Virus record (IMG/VR): IMGVR_UViG_3300031146_000002 | Span: 177-64,176 of that record | Direction: 5' to 3' (one strand) | DNA from: a virus | DNA: 64,000 bases | Shown: one piece after another, positions 52,980-59,840 of the stretch | Numbering within the stretch: the first letter of the stretch is position 1 | Layout of the letters: the number at the start of each line of letters is the position of its first letter | Translations under genes and position numbers: made by a program | Notes under the pieces: generated by a model | The model's database searches: none | What the model was told of the DNA's origin: nothing | Seen by the model: the letters and a program-made list of their open reading frames with translations, nothing else

Positions 52980-53014
52980 AGAGCCCTCCGGCTATGCCGG
53001 GGGGCTCTTCTTTT
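52980..53014 (+). terminator. Intrinsic terminator
   Basis: AGAGCCCTCCGG/CCGGGGGGCTCT stem followed by TCTTTT. Confidence 0.7.
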
Positions 53015-53345
53015 GGGCGAGAAACACCGTAATCCGCATGGCTTTTTCGTCGTGGCTGTGGCCGTCCCACTCGCCGTCGTAGGGCGGCGACGGCGGTGTC
53101 CCGGTGGGCAGATGCCAGGACACCTGGCCCGTGGGCAGGTCGATGTAGGCAACCACCGAGAAGTCGCGGAACTTCCGGTCGTGGCCGTATCCGGCCCGCA
53201 GGCCGGCGGCGAGCGCCAGCTCGACCGATCGGATGACGAGCTTGTTTCGCAACGCCCATTCGGTTGAGGTTCCGGCATCGGGCTTGTGGTCGAGCCGCTG
53301 GTCAAGCTCGAGCAGTTGGCGAAGACAGTCCCGTAACTCGTGCAC
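52992..53345 (-). CDS. WDGH-type domain protein
   Basis: VAYIDLPTGQVSWH...WDGHS. Confidence 0.7.
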   Translation of the reverse strand: MHELRDCLRQLLELDQRLDHKPDAGTSTEWALRNKLVIRSVELALAAGLRAGYGHDRKFRDFSVVAYIDLPTGQVSWHLPTGTPPSPPYDGEWDGHSHDEKAMRITVFLAQKKSPPA

Positions 53346-53493
53346 GGGTGCAATTTACTGCGATCGTTGCGGCTCCCTGCGCATTGACTCCCAGATACGA
53401 GGGTCGCGATTTCGGCCGGTATTTGACACGAATCCGAACGACCGGTAAAAGCGGATCAACCTGGCCACGTTTGTTCGCTCGCCAGCGGGCGGC

Positions 53494-54693
53494 TCAGGGG
53501 TCAGTCCGATTCGTAGCCCGTCCGTCGCCGGTAAGGCGCTTGGAAGTCACGCCGTCCGGGCGGCGCCGATAGCCCATGCGCTCCCAGAAGCCACGCGACG
53601 AGTCGAGAAGGGTGATCTCCTCGACGCCCTCGTCCCGGAGTACGACTTCCAGCCGCTCGACCCACCGCCGCGCGATGCCGCGGCCACGGAACTGGTCGCG
53701 GACGGAGATGCCGTCGACCTCGGCGCGCAGCTCCTCGCCGTTGGTCTTGAGCTGGATGCTCCATGACCCGGCCCACTGCTCGTCGATGTAGAAGTCGCCG
53801 GTGATGCCGCCGATGCGGAAGCTGCCGGTGCCGCTGACGTAGGTGCTGCGGATCTCCGACCGCTCCCCCGCCGGGTCGCTGTACTGCAGATGGTCGGTCG
53901 CCCACTGCCGCAGCCCTGGGCTTTCCGCGCCGAACGACTCCGGAGCGGACGACAAGGTGTCCAGCAGCGCTCGGCGCGGCTGCTCCCCGCCCGATTCTTC
54001 GCCTCGCTCGGGGGCCGTGTCGTCCTGAGCGCCGCCAGGGTTGCGCCGCCGCTCGAACCACTCACGTACGGCCCGGCGGGAGTAGACCGCCCGCCCGTTG
54101 CGGTAGTCGATGGGCTTCGGGAAGTCCGGGTGCCGGGCCGCCCAGTTGGACACGGCGGATGGCCTGACGCCGAGCTCGCGGGCGATGTCGGCGGCGTACA
54201 CCTCGTCGTCCGGGTCCCGGCCCTCCGTGGGAGGGTTGACCTCCGCCGGCCTGGACTGGCCCGGGCGGAGCAGCCCGAGCTGCTCGCGCCGTTCCCGCCG
54301 CTCACGCTTCTCCCGCTCGGCTTGGGCCTGGCGCTCACGCGCCTCGCGTTGCGCCTGCTGCCGCCGATCGAGCCACGCGAGGACCTCAGAGCGGCGGTAC
54401 ATGACGGATGCGGATGGGCTGTCGATCCGCTTGGGGAAGTCCGGGTGCCGGGCCGCCCAGTTGGTGATGGCCGCGCGGGTGACGCCCAGCTCACGGGCCA
54501 GCTGGGCAGATGTAGCGATGTCAGGGTCGTTGATGGCTCCCGCCGACTGTGATCGGCGCCGACCACGGCCGCCCCTGCCGTGCTCCGGTGCCCACCGCCC
54601 ACCGACGGAGATCCCGCCGATGATCGTGCCGGCGGCCCAACGCAGCTGGTCCGGGCGAAACCGTTTGACCTCGAATCGGGGCACGAGCAGCAC
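53494..54693 (-). CDS. Tagged effector: two wHTH domains plus GNAT acetyltransferase
   Basis: MLLVPRFEVK-RFRPDQLRW...GGRW; ARELGV...NWAARHPDFPK twice; VRDQFRGRGIA...FWERMGY. Confidence 0.82.
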   Translation of the reverse strand: MLLVPRFEVKRFRPDQLRWAAGTIIGGISVGGRWAPEHGRGGRGRRRSQSAGAINDPDIATSAQLARELGVTRAAITNWAARHPDFPKRIDSPSASVMYRRSEVLAWLDRRQQAQREARERQAQAEREKRERRERREQLGLLRPGQSRPAEVNPPTEGRDPDDEVYAADIARELGVRPSAVSNWAARHPDFPKPIDYRNGRAVYSRRAVREWFERRRNPGGAQDDTAPERGEESGGEQPRRALLDTLSSAPESFGAESPGLRQWATDHLQYSDPAGERSEIRSTYVSGTGSFRIGGITGDFYIDEQWAGSWSIQLKTNGEELRAEVDGISVRDQFRGRGIARRWVERLEVVLRDEGVEEITLLDSSRGFWERMGYRRRPDGVTSKRLTGDGRATNRTDP

Positions 54694-54699
54694 GCGGGG

Positions 54700-54727
54700 A
54701 TCGTGCATGCCCGAAAGGGCTTGTGAC
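54700..54727 (-). promoter_or_regulatory. Putative late promoter
   Basis: GTCACAAG-N14-CACGAT-N6-GTG. Confidence 0.6.
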
Positions 54728-54738
54728 TCAGGCGTGAA

Positions 54739-55566
54739 CTACGCGAGCACCGTCGGCTTCTCGAGCACGACGACGGTGCCGTCGGGCAGCTGCCAGCGGT
54801 ATCCGGGGCGGATCACCTGGGCGGTACGGCCGCGGGCGATCGATCCGATCGGGGTGTGCTCGCTCGGGTCGAACATGACCCGCTCGCCGGGCTGGGCGAT
54901 GGGCTCGAATCCGGCCTGGGACATGAGCCGACGAACCTCGGCGACGATCGAGTCCCGGGGCTCGCCGGCGCTGACCATCGCCTCCACCTGGGTGGCGATC
55001 GCGGCGAGCGTGCCCGCAGCGACCTGCTCGATCTCGGTGCGGGTGTTGACGTCGTGCACCCGCCCGACCGTCGGCGTGATCGGCAGGTCCTGGTCGGGCT
55101 GCCGCCACGTGTAGGAGACCGCGCTGCCGGTGCCGGTTGGCTCGAGGCGCAGCCGGCGCATGTGGGACCGGACCCGGTGCAGCACCGCTCGGTCCGAGGC
55201 GCCCTTGGCGATGTCCTCCTCGACCTGGGAGGCCAGGCCAACGACCTCGCGGGCGGTGTCGGTGCGGACCTGCTCGAGCGCCGACGACGGGCCGGTCGTG
55301 CCGAGAGCTTCGCGGCCGGCGTCGGTGAGCTCCCACCCACCGTCCGGCCTCTGCCTGATGAGCCCGCGGCGGCTCAGGGCCCGGATCGTTGCTGGCCGGC
55401 CACCGCTGCCGCCGGAGGCGAGCGACCGGAGCGCCCTCGTCTGGGGCAGCGACAGCCGTGGGCCCCCGATCCTCACCCAGCGGCCAGCGCCGGGCATGCC
55501 GCGTGGGATGCGCGGCTGGTCGGGCCGGTACTTGACCTCGAGGCCGGGGAAGAGCAGCACGGGCAC
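54739..55566 (-). CDS. Tagged protein: wHTH plus GrpE-like C-terminal domain
   Basis: MPVLLFPGLEVK-YRPDQPRIPRG..GAGRW; RALSRRGLI...WELTDAG; GERVMFDPSEH...VIRPGY. Confidence 0.75.
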   Translation of the reverse strand: MPVLLFPGLEVKYRPDQPRIPRGMPGAGRWVRIGGPRLSLPQTRALRSLASGGSGGRPATIRALSRRGLIRQRPDGGWELTDAGREALGTTGPSSALEQVRTDTAREVVGLASQVEEDIAKGASDRAVLHRVRSHMRRLRLEPTGTGSAVSYTWRQPDQDLPITPTVGRVHDVNTRTEIEQVAAGTLAAIATQVEAMVSAGEPRDSIVAEVRRLMSQAGFEPIAQPGERVMFDPSEHTPIGSIARGRTAQVIRPGYRWQLPDGTVVVLEKPTVLA

Positions 55567-55572
55567 GGCGGG

Positions 55573-55600
55573 ATCATGCCCGCCTGGACCGCCTTACGGC
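55573..55600 (-). promoter_or_regulatory. Putative late promoter
   Basis: GCCGTAAG-N14-CATGAT-N6-GTG. Confidence 0.65.
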
Positions 55601-55612
55601 TCGGGCCCGCTC

Positions 55613-55861
55613 CTAGTCGGTGGCGGGCCCGTCGCTGAGGATCTCGTTGAGGCGCCGGAAGAACCGGTCCTGCGCCTCGGCGGGGGCGTCCATCATCGTC
55701 GCGTGCAGGTTGTAGTCGGACGATTCCCGGTTCGTTCGGTCATCAGGCACGGGGCCGTCTACGCCGGCGGTGAGCTGCTCAGCGATCCACTGGCTGTGGA
55801 GCGCCTGCATCTCTCGGGCGCGCCGTACCCGCTCGTCGACGGGAAGAAGTCTCACCGCCAT
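55613..55861 (-). CDS. Small partner protein of GNAT effector (homolog of 39624-39845)
   Basis: Directly after GNAT gene; aligns with 39624-39845. Confidence 0.7.
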   Translation of the reverse strand: MAVRLLPVDERVRRAREMQALHSQWIAEQLTAGVDGPVPDDRTNRESSDYNLHATMMDAPAEAQDRFFRRLNEILSDGPATD

Positions 55862-55892
55862 GTCCTAAGTGTACCAGTTGCATCGATGGGCT

Positions 55893-57719
55893 TTACAGGT
55901 ACAGGACGCCGCGCCAGCTCGAGCCCAGCATCAGCCACTTGCCTGGCCAGATCGCGTTCCGACCGCCTTGGCCTTCCTGGCGGCCGAATCGGGCGATCTC
56001 CGGGGCGCTTGCCGGGCGTCGACCGGCGAGCATGTCGTCAATGTAGTCGAGCAGCTCGTCCATCTGCTGACGAGTCAGCCCCGCCGGGGGTGCGTTCCGT
56101 GCGGCCTCGACCCTGGTGCGTGCCCATCTGAGGAACGAATCAGCGGCGGCCTCGTTCTCGAACTCGAATCCCTGGGTGGCCCATGTGTAGCCGCCCACGT
56201 CGATGTTGGCGTGGAGGCGGACCCTGGTAACACCCGAGCGCCGGTACCAGTCGAAGAGGTTTGCCATGAGGCCGTGGGCGAACCCCGTCCCCCGCACGTT
56301 CGGCTCGAGGCGCAGGTAGGAGTGGTAGGCAACGAGTTCGCCGGTGAACGGATCGCGGTCGATCCGCGCTTCGGCGTGGCCGACCCGCCGACCAGTGGCG
56401 TCGTAGACGCTCGCGTCGAATGAAAGCCCGCTGGCCCGGCCGTCACTGCCACGCGCCACGGTGGCGCGGTCGACCTCCAGCCGCAGATCGCCGTACGTTC
56501 CCTCGACACCCATGCGGATGCCCTGCACGGCCTGCTCTTCCTGGGTCGACGCGGTAGCGATGAGCTCATTCAGCGGCCGGGTCCTACGGTTGAGGAGCAT
56601 GGACGGGTCCGGTGCTGCGACCGTGGGAGCGGCCGGCTCCCGGACCGTGACCCTCGACGTTCTAAGCCGTGGTGTCGGCGTCGGTGGGGTTTGCCGCGCC
56701 CGCCGGCGGGCCTGTTCCTCGGCGAACAACGCCAGGGCATCCATTGCGGCCTGGCGTGTGCGGAACGGTCCGCCAGGCACCCGGATGCCGGGCTCACCCG
56801 CAGGTGGAAGGGCGTACGCCTCCCATCCCGTCGAGCCTCGCTGACGCACCACCTGGCCCACGTACTCCCCGCCGCCGGATCTAGCGCTCGGGCCGGCGTA
56901 GACGTCGTACACGCCGGCCATGGCGGGAGCGCGGACTGCCCTGGTAGCCGGCGGCGTCCTTGTGCTCGGTGCGGATTCACCGGCTGCTGCGTCCATTAGC
57001 AGCCGGATCGCGCTGTCGCGGTCGTCGACAGCAGCTGCGGCACCCGGGGAACGCACGATCCGGCCATCCGGGGCAAGCGCAAGCCACCGCCCGGCCGGGG
57101 TGTCAACGACGATGCCCAGGTTGCGTTCGCCCTGCGTGACCCGGAACGCGGACCGCTCAGGAGCGGGCCAGGACCACGGGGTGAGCGTCACCTCCGGCAC
57201 GGACGTCGCCGCCTGGCGGGCCGCGCGGTCCTGCATCCGCTGGTGGTGGGCCAGCACCGTTTGAACCGCGGAGGCTTTCAGCCTGTTCGGGCCGTTGACC
57301 TGCAGCCACTGCCCGTCGGCGTCCTCAACGGACCACCCGAAGCTCCAGCGGTGGATGGCTCCCACCCTGGTGGAGCCCACGTAGATGTCGTGACTCTCCC
57401 TGGCAGGCCCCCATTGGTTCCGCGCCGGGGTCTCCCGACGAACCCCGTACACACCGGTCATGCCACCGGTGAGGTTCCGCGGCAGGGTTACCGCGCCTTC
57501 CGGAAGGCCTGCTGGGCGGGTACGTCTCGTTGACCGTGGCGCCGACCGTCGCGTGGTCGTCCGAGCCGCGCTGCTGGACCGCCGCGGCCTGGCCGATGAG
57601 CCGCCGAGGATGGCCGCCCAGCGGCCGCCGACGGCGATGCCGCCGATGATGGTGCCGGCGGGGTGGCGCGGCTGGTTGGGGTTGAAGCGTTTGACGGTGT
57701 ACCGCGGCGTCAGGAGCAC
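55893..57719 (-). CDS. Tagged effector with C-terminal GNAT-like domain
   Basis: MLLTPRYTVK-RFNPNQPRHP...GGRW; LEPNVRGTGFA...ANIDVGGYTWATQGF. Confidence 0.8.
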   Translation of the reverse strand: MLLTPRYTVKRFNPNQPRHPAGTIIGGIAVGGRWAAILGGSSARPRRSSSAARTTTRRSAPRSTRRTRPAGLPEGAVTLPRNLTGGMTGVYGVRRETPARNQWGPARESHDIYVGSTRVGAIHRWSFGWSVEDADGQWLQVNGPNRLKASAVQTVLAHHQRMQDRAARQAATSVPEVTLTPWSWPAPERSAFRVTQGERNLGIVVDTPAGRWLALAPDGRIVRSPGAAAAVDDRDSAIRLLMDAAAGESAPSTRTPPATRAVRAPAMAGVYDVYAGPSARSGGGEYVGQVVRQRGSTGWEAYALPPAGEPGIRVPGGPFRTRQAAMDALALFAEEQARRRARQTPPTPTPRLRTSRVTVREPAAPTVAAPDPSMLLNRRTRPLNELIATASTQEEQAVQGIRMGVEGTYGDLRLEVDRATVARGSDGRASGLSFDASVYDATGRRVGHAEARIDRDPFTGELVAYHSYLRLEPNVRGTGFAHGLMANLFDWYRRSGVTRVRLHANIDVGGYTWATQGFEFENEAAADSFLRWARTRVEAARNAPPAGLTRQQMDELLDYIDDMLAGRRPASAPEIARFGRQEGQGGRNAIWPGKWLMLGSSWRGVLYL

Positions 57720-57730
57720 GGCCGGATGAT
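57616..57730. repeat. 115-bp direct repeat, copy 1 (copy 2 at 58761-58875), encoding the tag
   Basis: Four mismatches, all synonymous in the tag. Confidence 0.9.
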
Positions 57731-57753
57731 CCGCTGGCCGCTCCGTTTACGTC
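57726..57753 (-). promoter_or_regulatory. Putative late promoter
   Basis: GACGTAAA-N14-GATCAT-N6-GTG. Confidence 0.65.
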
Positions 57754-57757
57754 GAGG

Positions 57758-58864
57758 TCAGCGGCCCCGTCTGCGGCTGCGCTGCGCGGCCGCCAGCGAC
57801 CCGTCGAACATCCAGTCGTAGTCCGGGACCTTCGGCTTACGACGGTCGTCGGCCGCCTTGGTTTCGACCAGCTGGCCCGTGTCGGGGTCATACACGCCGA
57901 CCTGCTCGAGCTCGATCAGGTAGCGGTCGCCATCCTCCGCTGAGGTCTTCTCGACGCGCACAATGCGGAACCTACCCCCGGTGACGTACTCCCGCGGGTC
58001 GTAGCGCTCCATGAACTGGGTGTATTCGCCGGCCGGGAGGTCATCGGGCGCGTCCAGTTGCCCACCCCGGACCGCCTTGGCGTCCCGGACCACGAACGTC
58101 ACGTCGGTTCCGTATCGGGCAACAACGTCCGCACGGGTGCCGAACGACGCGAGCGGCAGGTCGATGAAGGCGCCTTCCTTGAAGACAGCCGGCAGACCCA
58201 TGCCCATCAGGTCGACCCCGCGGTACAGCTCGGGCACACGAGGCGCGTCGCGAACGCCGCTCATCAGCACGTAGGCCTGCATGCGTCGAAGCTCTGGGAC
58301 GTTTAGGTTCCGCGTCACGCTGAAGCCGACGCGAGCCCCCGGGGCCTCGTCGTGGGAGACGTGTACATCCGCCTCGCGCCCTTCTGTGTCGAAACCGGCG
58401 AGCTCGAAGGCAGCGCGGCGGATCTCCCGTGCTGGAATCCAGTAGTCCCAGTCGCCACCCGACGCCATCAGCCGGGCTAGCACCTGCGGCGTGACCTCAC
58501 CGTCGTCCAGGCCGACCTCATCGAGCAGGCGGAGCTTCACGCCGGTCGTGTCACCGATCCGAACCCTGATCCGCTCGAGCTCAATCTGGCTCTCGCCGGC
58601 CTGACGCCGCCGGTGGTAGTCCCGCACCTGCTCGAGCAGCTCCTGGGCCCTCTCCCGGGCCCGGGAGCGAACGAGCGCCAGCGGATCGGGCGCGGCCGGC
58701 GCCGACGCTGCAGACCCTCCCGGCCAACGCCGCGAACGAAGGGCGCGGCCCAGGACCCGAGCCCAGCGGCCGCCGACGGCGATGCCTCCGATGATCGTGC
58801 CGGCGGGGTGGCGCGGCTGGTTCGGGTTGAAGCGCTTGACGGTGTACCGCGGCGTCAGGAGCAC
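57758..58864 (-). CDS. Tagged effector: ADP-ribosyltransferase (VIP2/exoenzyme, R-S-E type)
   Basis: LYRG, LASFGT, PREYVTGGRFRIV. Confidence 0.8.
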   Translation of the reverse strand: MLLTPRYTVKRFNPNQPRHPAGTIIGGIAVGGRWARVLGRALRSRRWPGGSAASAPAAPDPLALVRSRARERAQELLEQVRDYHRRRQAGESQIELERIRVRIGDTTGVKLRLLDEVGLDDGEVTPQVLARLMASGGDWDYWIPAREIRRAAFELAGFDTEGREADVHVSHDEAPGARVGFSVTRNLNVPELRRMQAYVLMSGVRDAPRVPELYRGVDLMGMGLPAVFKEGAFIDLPLASFGTRADVVARYGTDVTFVVRDAKAVRGGQLDAPDDLPAGEYTQFMERYDPREYVTGGRFRIVRVEKTSAEDGDRYLIELEQVGVYDPDTGQLVETKAADDRRKPKVPDYDWMFDGSLAAAQRSRRRGR

Positions 58865-58875
58865 GGCCGGATGAT
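58761..58875. repeat. 115-bp direct repeat, copy 2
   Basis: Matches 57616-57730. Confidence 0.9.
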
Positions 58876-58898
58876 GCCGACCAGAGGGGACTTGCGTA
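58871..58898 (-). promoter_or_regulatory. Putative late promoter
   Basis: TACGCAAG-N14-CATCAT-N6-GTG. Confidence 0.65.
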
Positions 58899-58909
58899 CG
58901 AACAGCGAG

Positions 58910-58939
58910 AGGCCCCCGACCTTTGTGGATCGGGGGCCT
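58910..58939. terminator. Terminator hairpin after ArdC-like gene
   Basis: AGGCCCCCGA/TCGGGGGCCT. Confidence 0.6.
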
Positions 58940-58945
58940 GGGGCG

Positions 58946-59347
58946 TCAGGCGGCCTTCCGCTCGGCGATCTCGTCCGTCTGGGAGATGTCGAACACGTAG
59001 GCCACCCGGTAGCGCATGCGCCCTTCCTCGACGACGTTCCCCTCATCGTCGGTGACGGGCTCCGTCTGACCGGCGGGGGCGAAGATCAGGATGCCCTGCT
59101 CACCCTTGCGGACCTGCCGACCCCGCTTCTGCCAGGCCTTGTACCCGTCGACGTCGGTGGCGGTCGGCATCTGCATCGCGATCAGCAGAGCGTTCCGCAT
59201 CGAGTAGCCGTCGAACCGGGCGGTGATGACCGCGATCTCGGCCTCGCTCAGCTCCGCCTCGTACTGCTCGAGCCTTGCCTTGAGGTCGGCGATCTGCTGG
59301 CGCCGGGCGGCGATGTCGGCTGCGGTCTTGCGGCGACGGTAGCTCAT
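58946..59347 (-). CDS. Stand-alone ArdC-like N-terminal ssDNA-binding domain protein
   Basis: YSMRNALLI, GYKAWQKRGRQVRKGE.GI.I, VFDISQT. Confidence 0.88.
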   Translation of the reverse strand: MSYRRRKTAADIAARRQQIADLKARLEQYEAELSEAEIAVITARFDGYSMRNALLIAMQMPTATDVDGYKAWQKRGRQVRKGEQGILIFAPAGQTEPVTDDEGNVVEEGRMRYRVAYVFDISQTDEIAERKAA

Positions 59348-59365
59348 CGTGGCGATCTCCCTCCT

Positions 59366-59386
59366 GTGCGGGTCGCTCACCCGCAC
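59366..59386 (-). promoter_or_regulatory. Leader hairpin element with TATCAT six nt upstream
   Basis: GGTATCAT-N6-GTGCGGG-TGAGCGA-CCCGCAC. Confidence 0.75.
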
Positions 59387-59427
59387 ACACATATGATACC
59401 ACGATGATCGTCAGTGGCGCAAGATCA

Positions 59428-59781
59428 CTAGCCGGCGTAGTAGGCGTTCGGCTGGCCCGCCCTGGCCGGGTCCTCCTCACGGCCGCTCCGCTTCGCGGGC
59501 TTCTTCGCCGGTGCCTTCGCCCCGGAGCTCGTGTCCGCGGTACGGCCTTCGTCGGCCGGCTGATTCCTGGGCTCCTCGCCGGCGTTCTGCTGCGCTGGCT
59601 GGCCACCTCGAGGTCGGGTCCGCGGCTTCGGGTTGCGGATCCAGTCGGGTAGGTCGTCGACGGTCTCGGCCTCGTCCGCGGCCCGGAGGAGCTCGTCGAA
59701 CTCGGGGTCGCCGGGCAGCAGCTGCATGACGTTGACGGCGCGGGCGCACGCTCGGCTGATCTCGGGGTCATCCTCAGCCAC
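59428..59781 (-). CDS. Small protein downstream of ART-like effector
   Basis: GGAGG RBS; acidic N-terminal half, low-complexity tail. Confidence 0.65.
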   Translation of the reverse strand: MAEDDPEISRACARAVNVMQLLPGDPEFDELLRAADEAETVDDLPDWIRNPKPRTRPRGGQPAQQNAGEEPRNQPADEGRTADTSSGAKAPAKKPAKRSGREEDPARAGQPNAYYAG

Positions 59782-59840
59782 GGCTGGCCTCCTTCACGCT
59801 TGTCGATCGGTCTGGCATCGTAACCAACGCCGTACCGCCG

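Noticed and set aside
52665-53267. 200-aa plus-strand ORF downstream of the hairpin element
   Set aside because: Overlaps two better minus-strand genes and runs through a terminator; the 27-codon ORF fits better.
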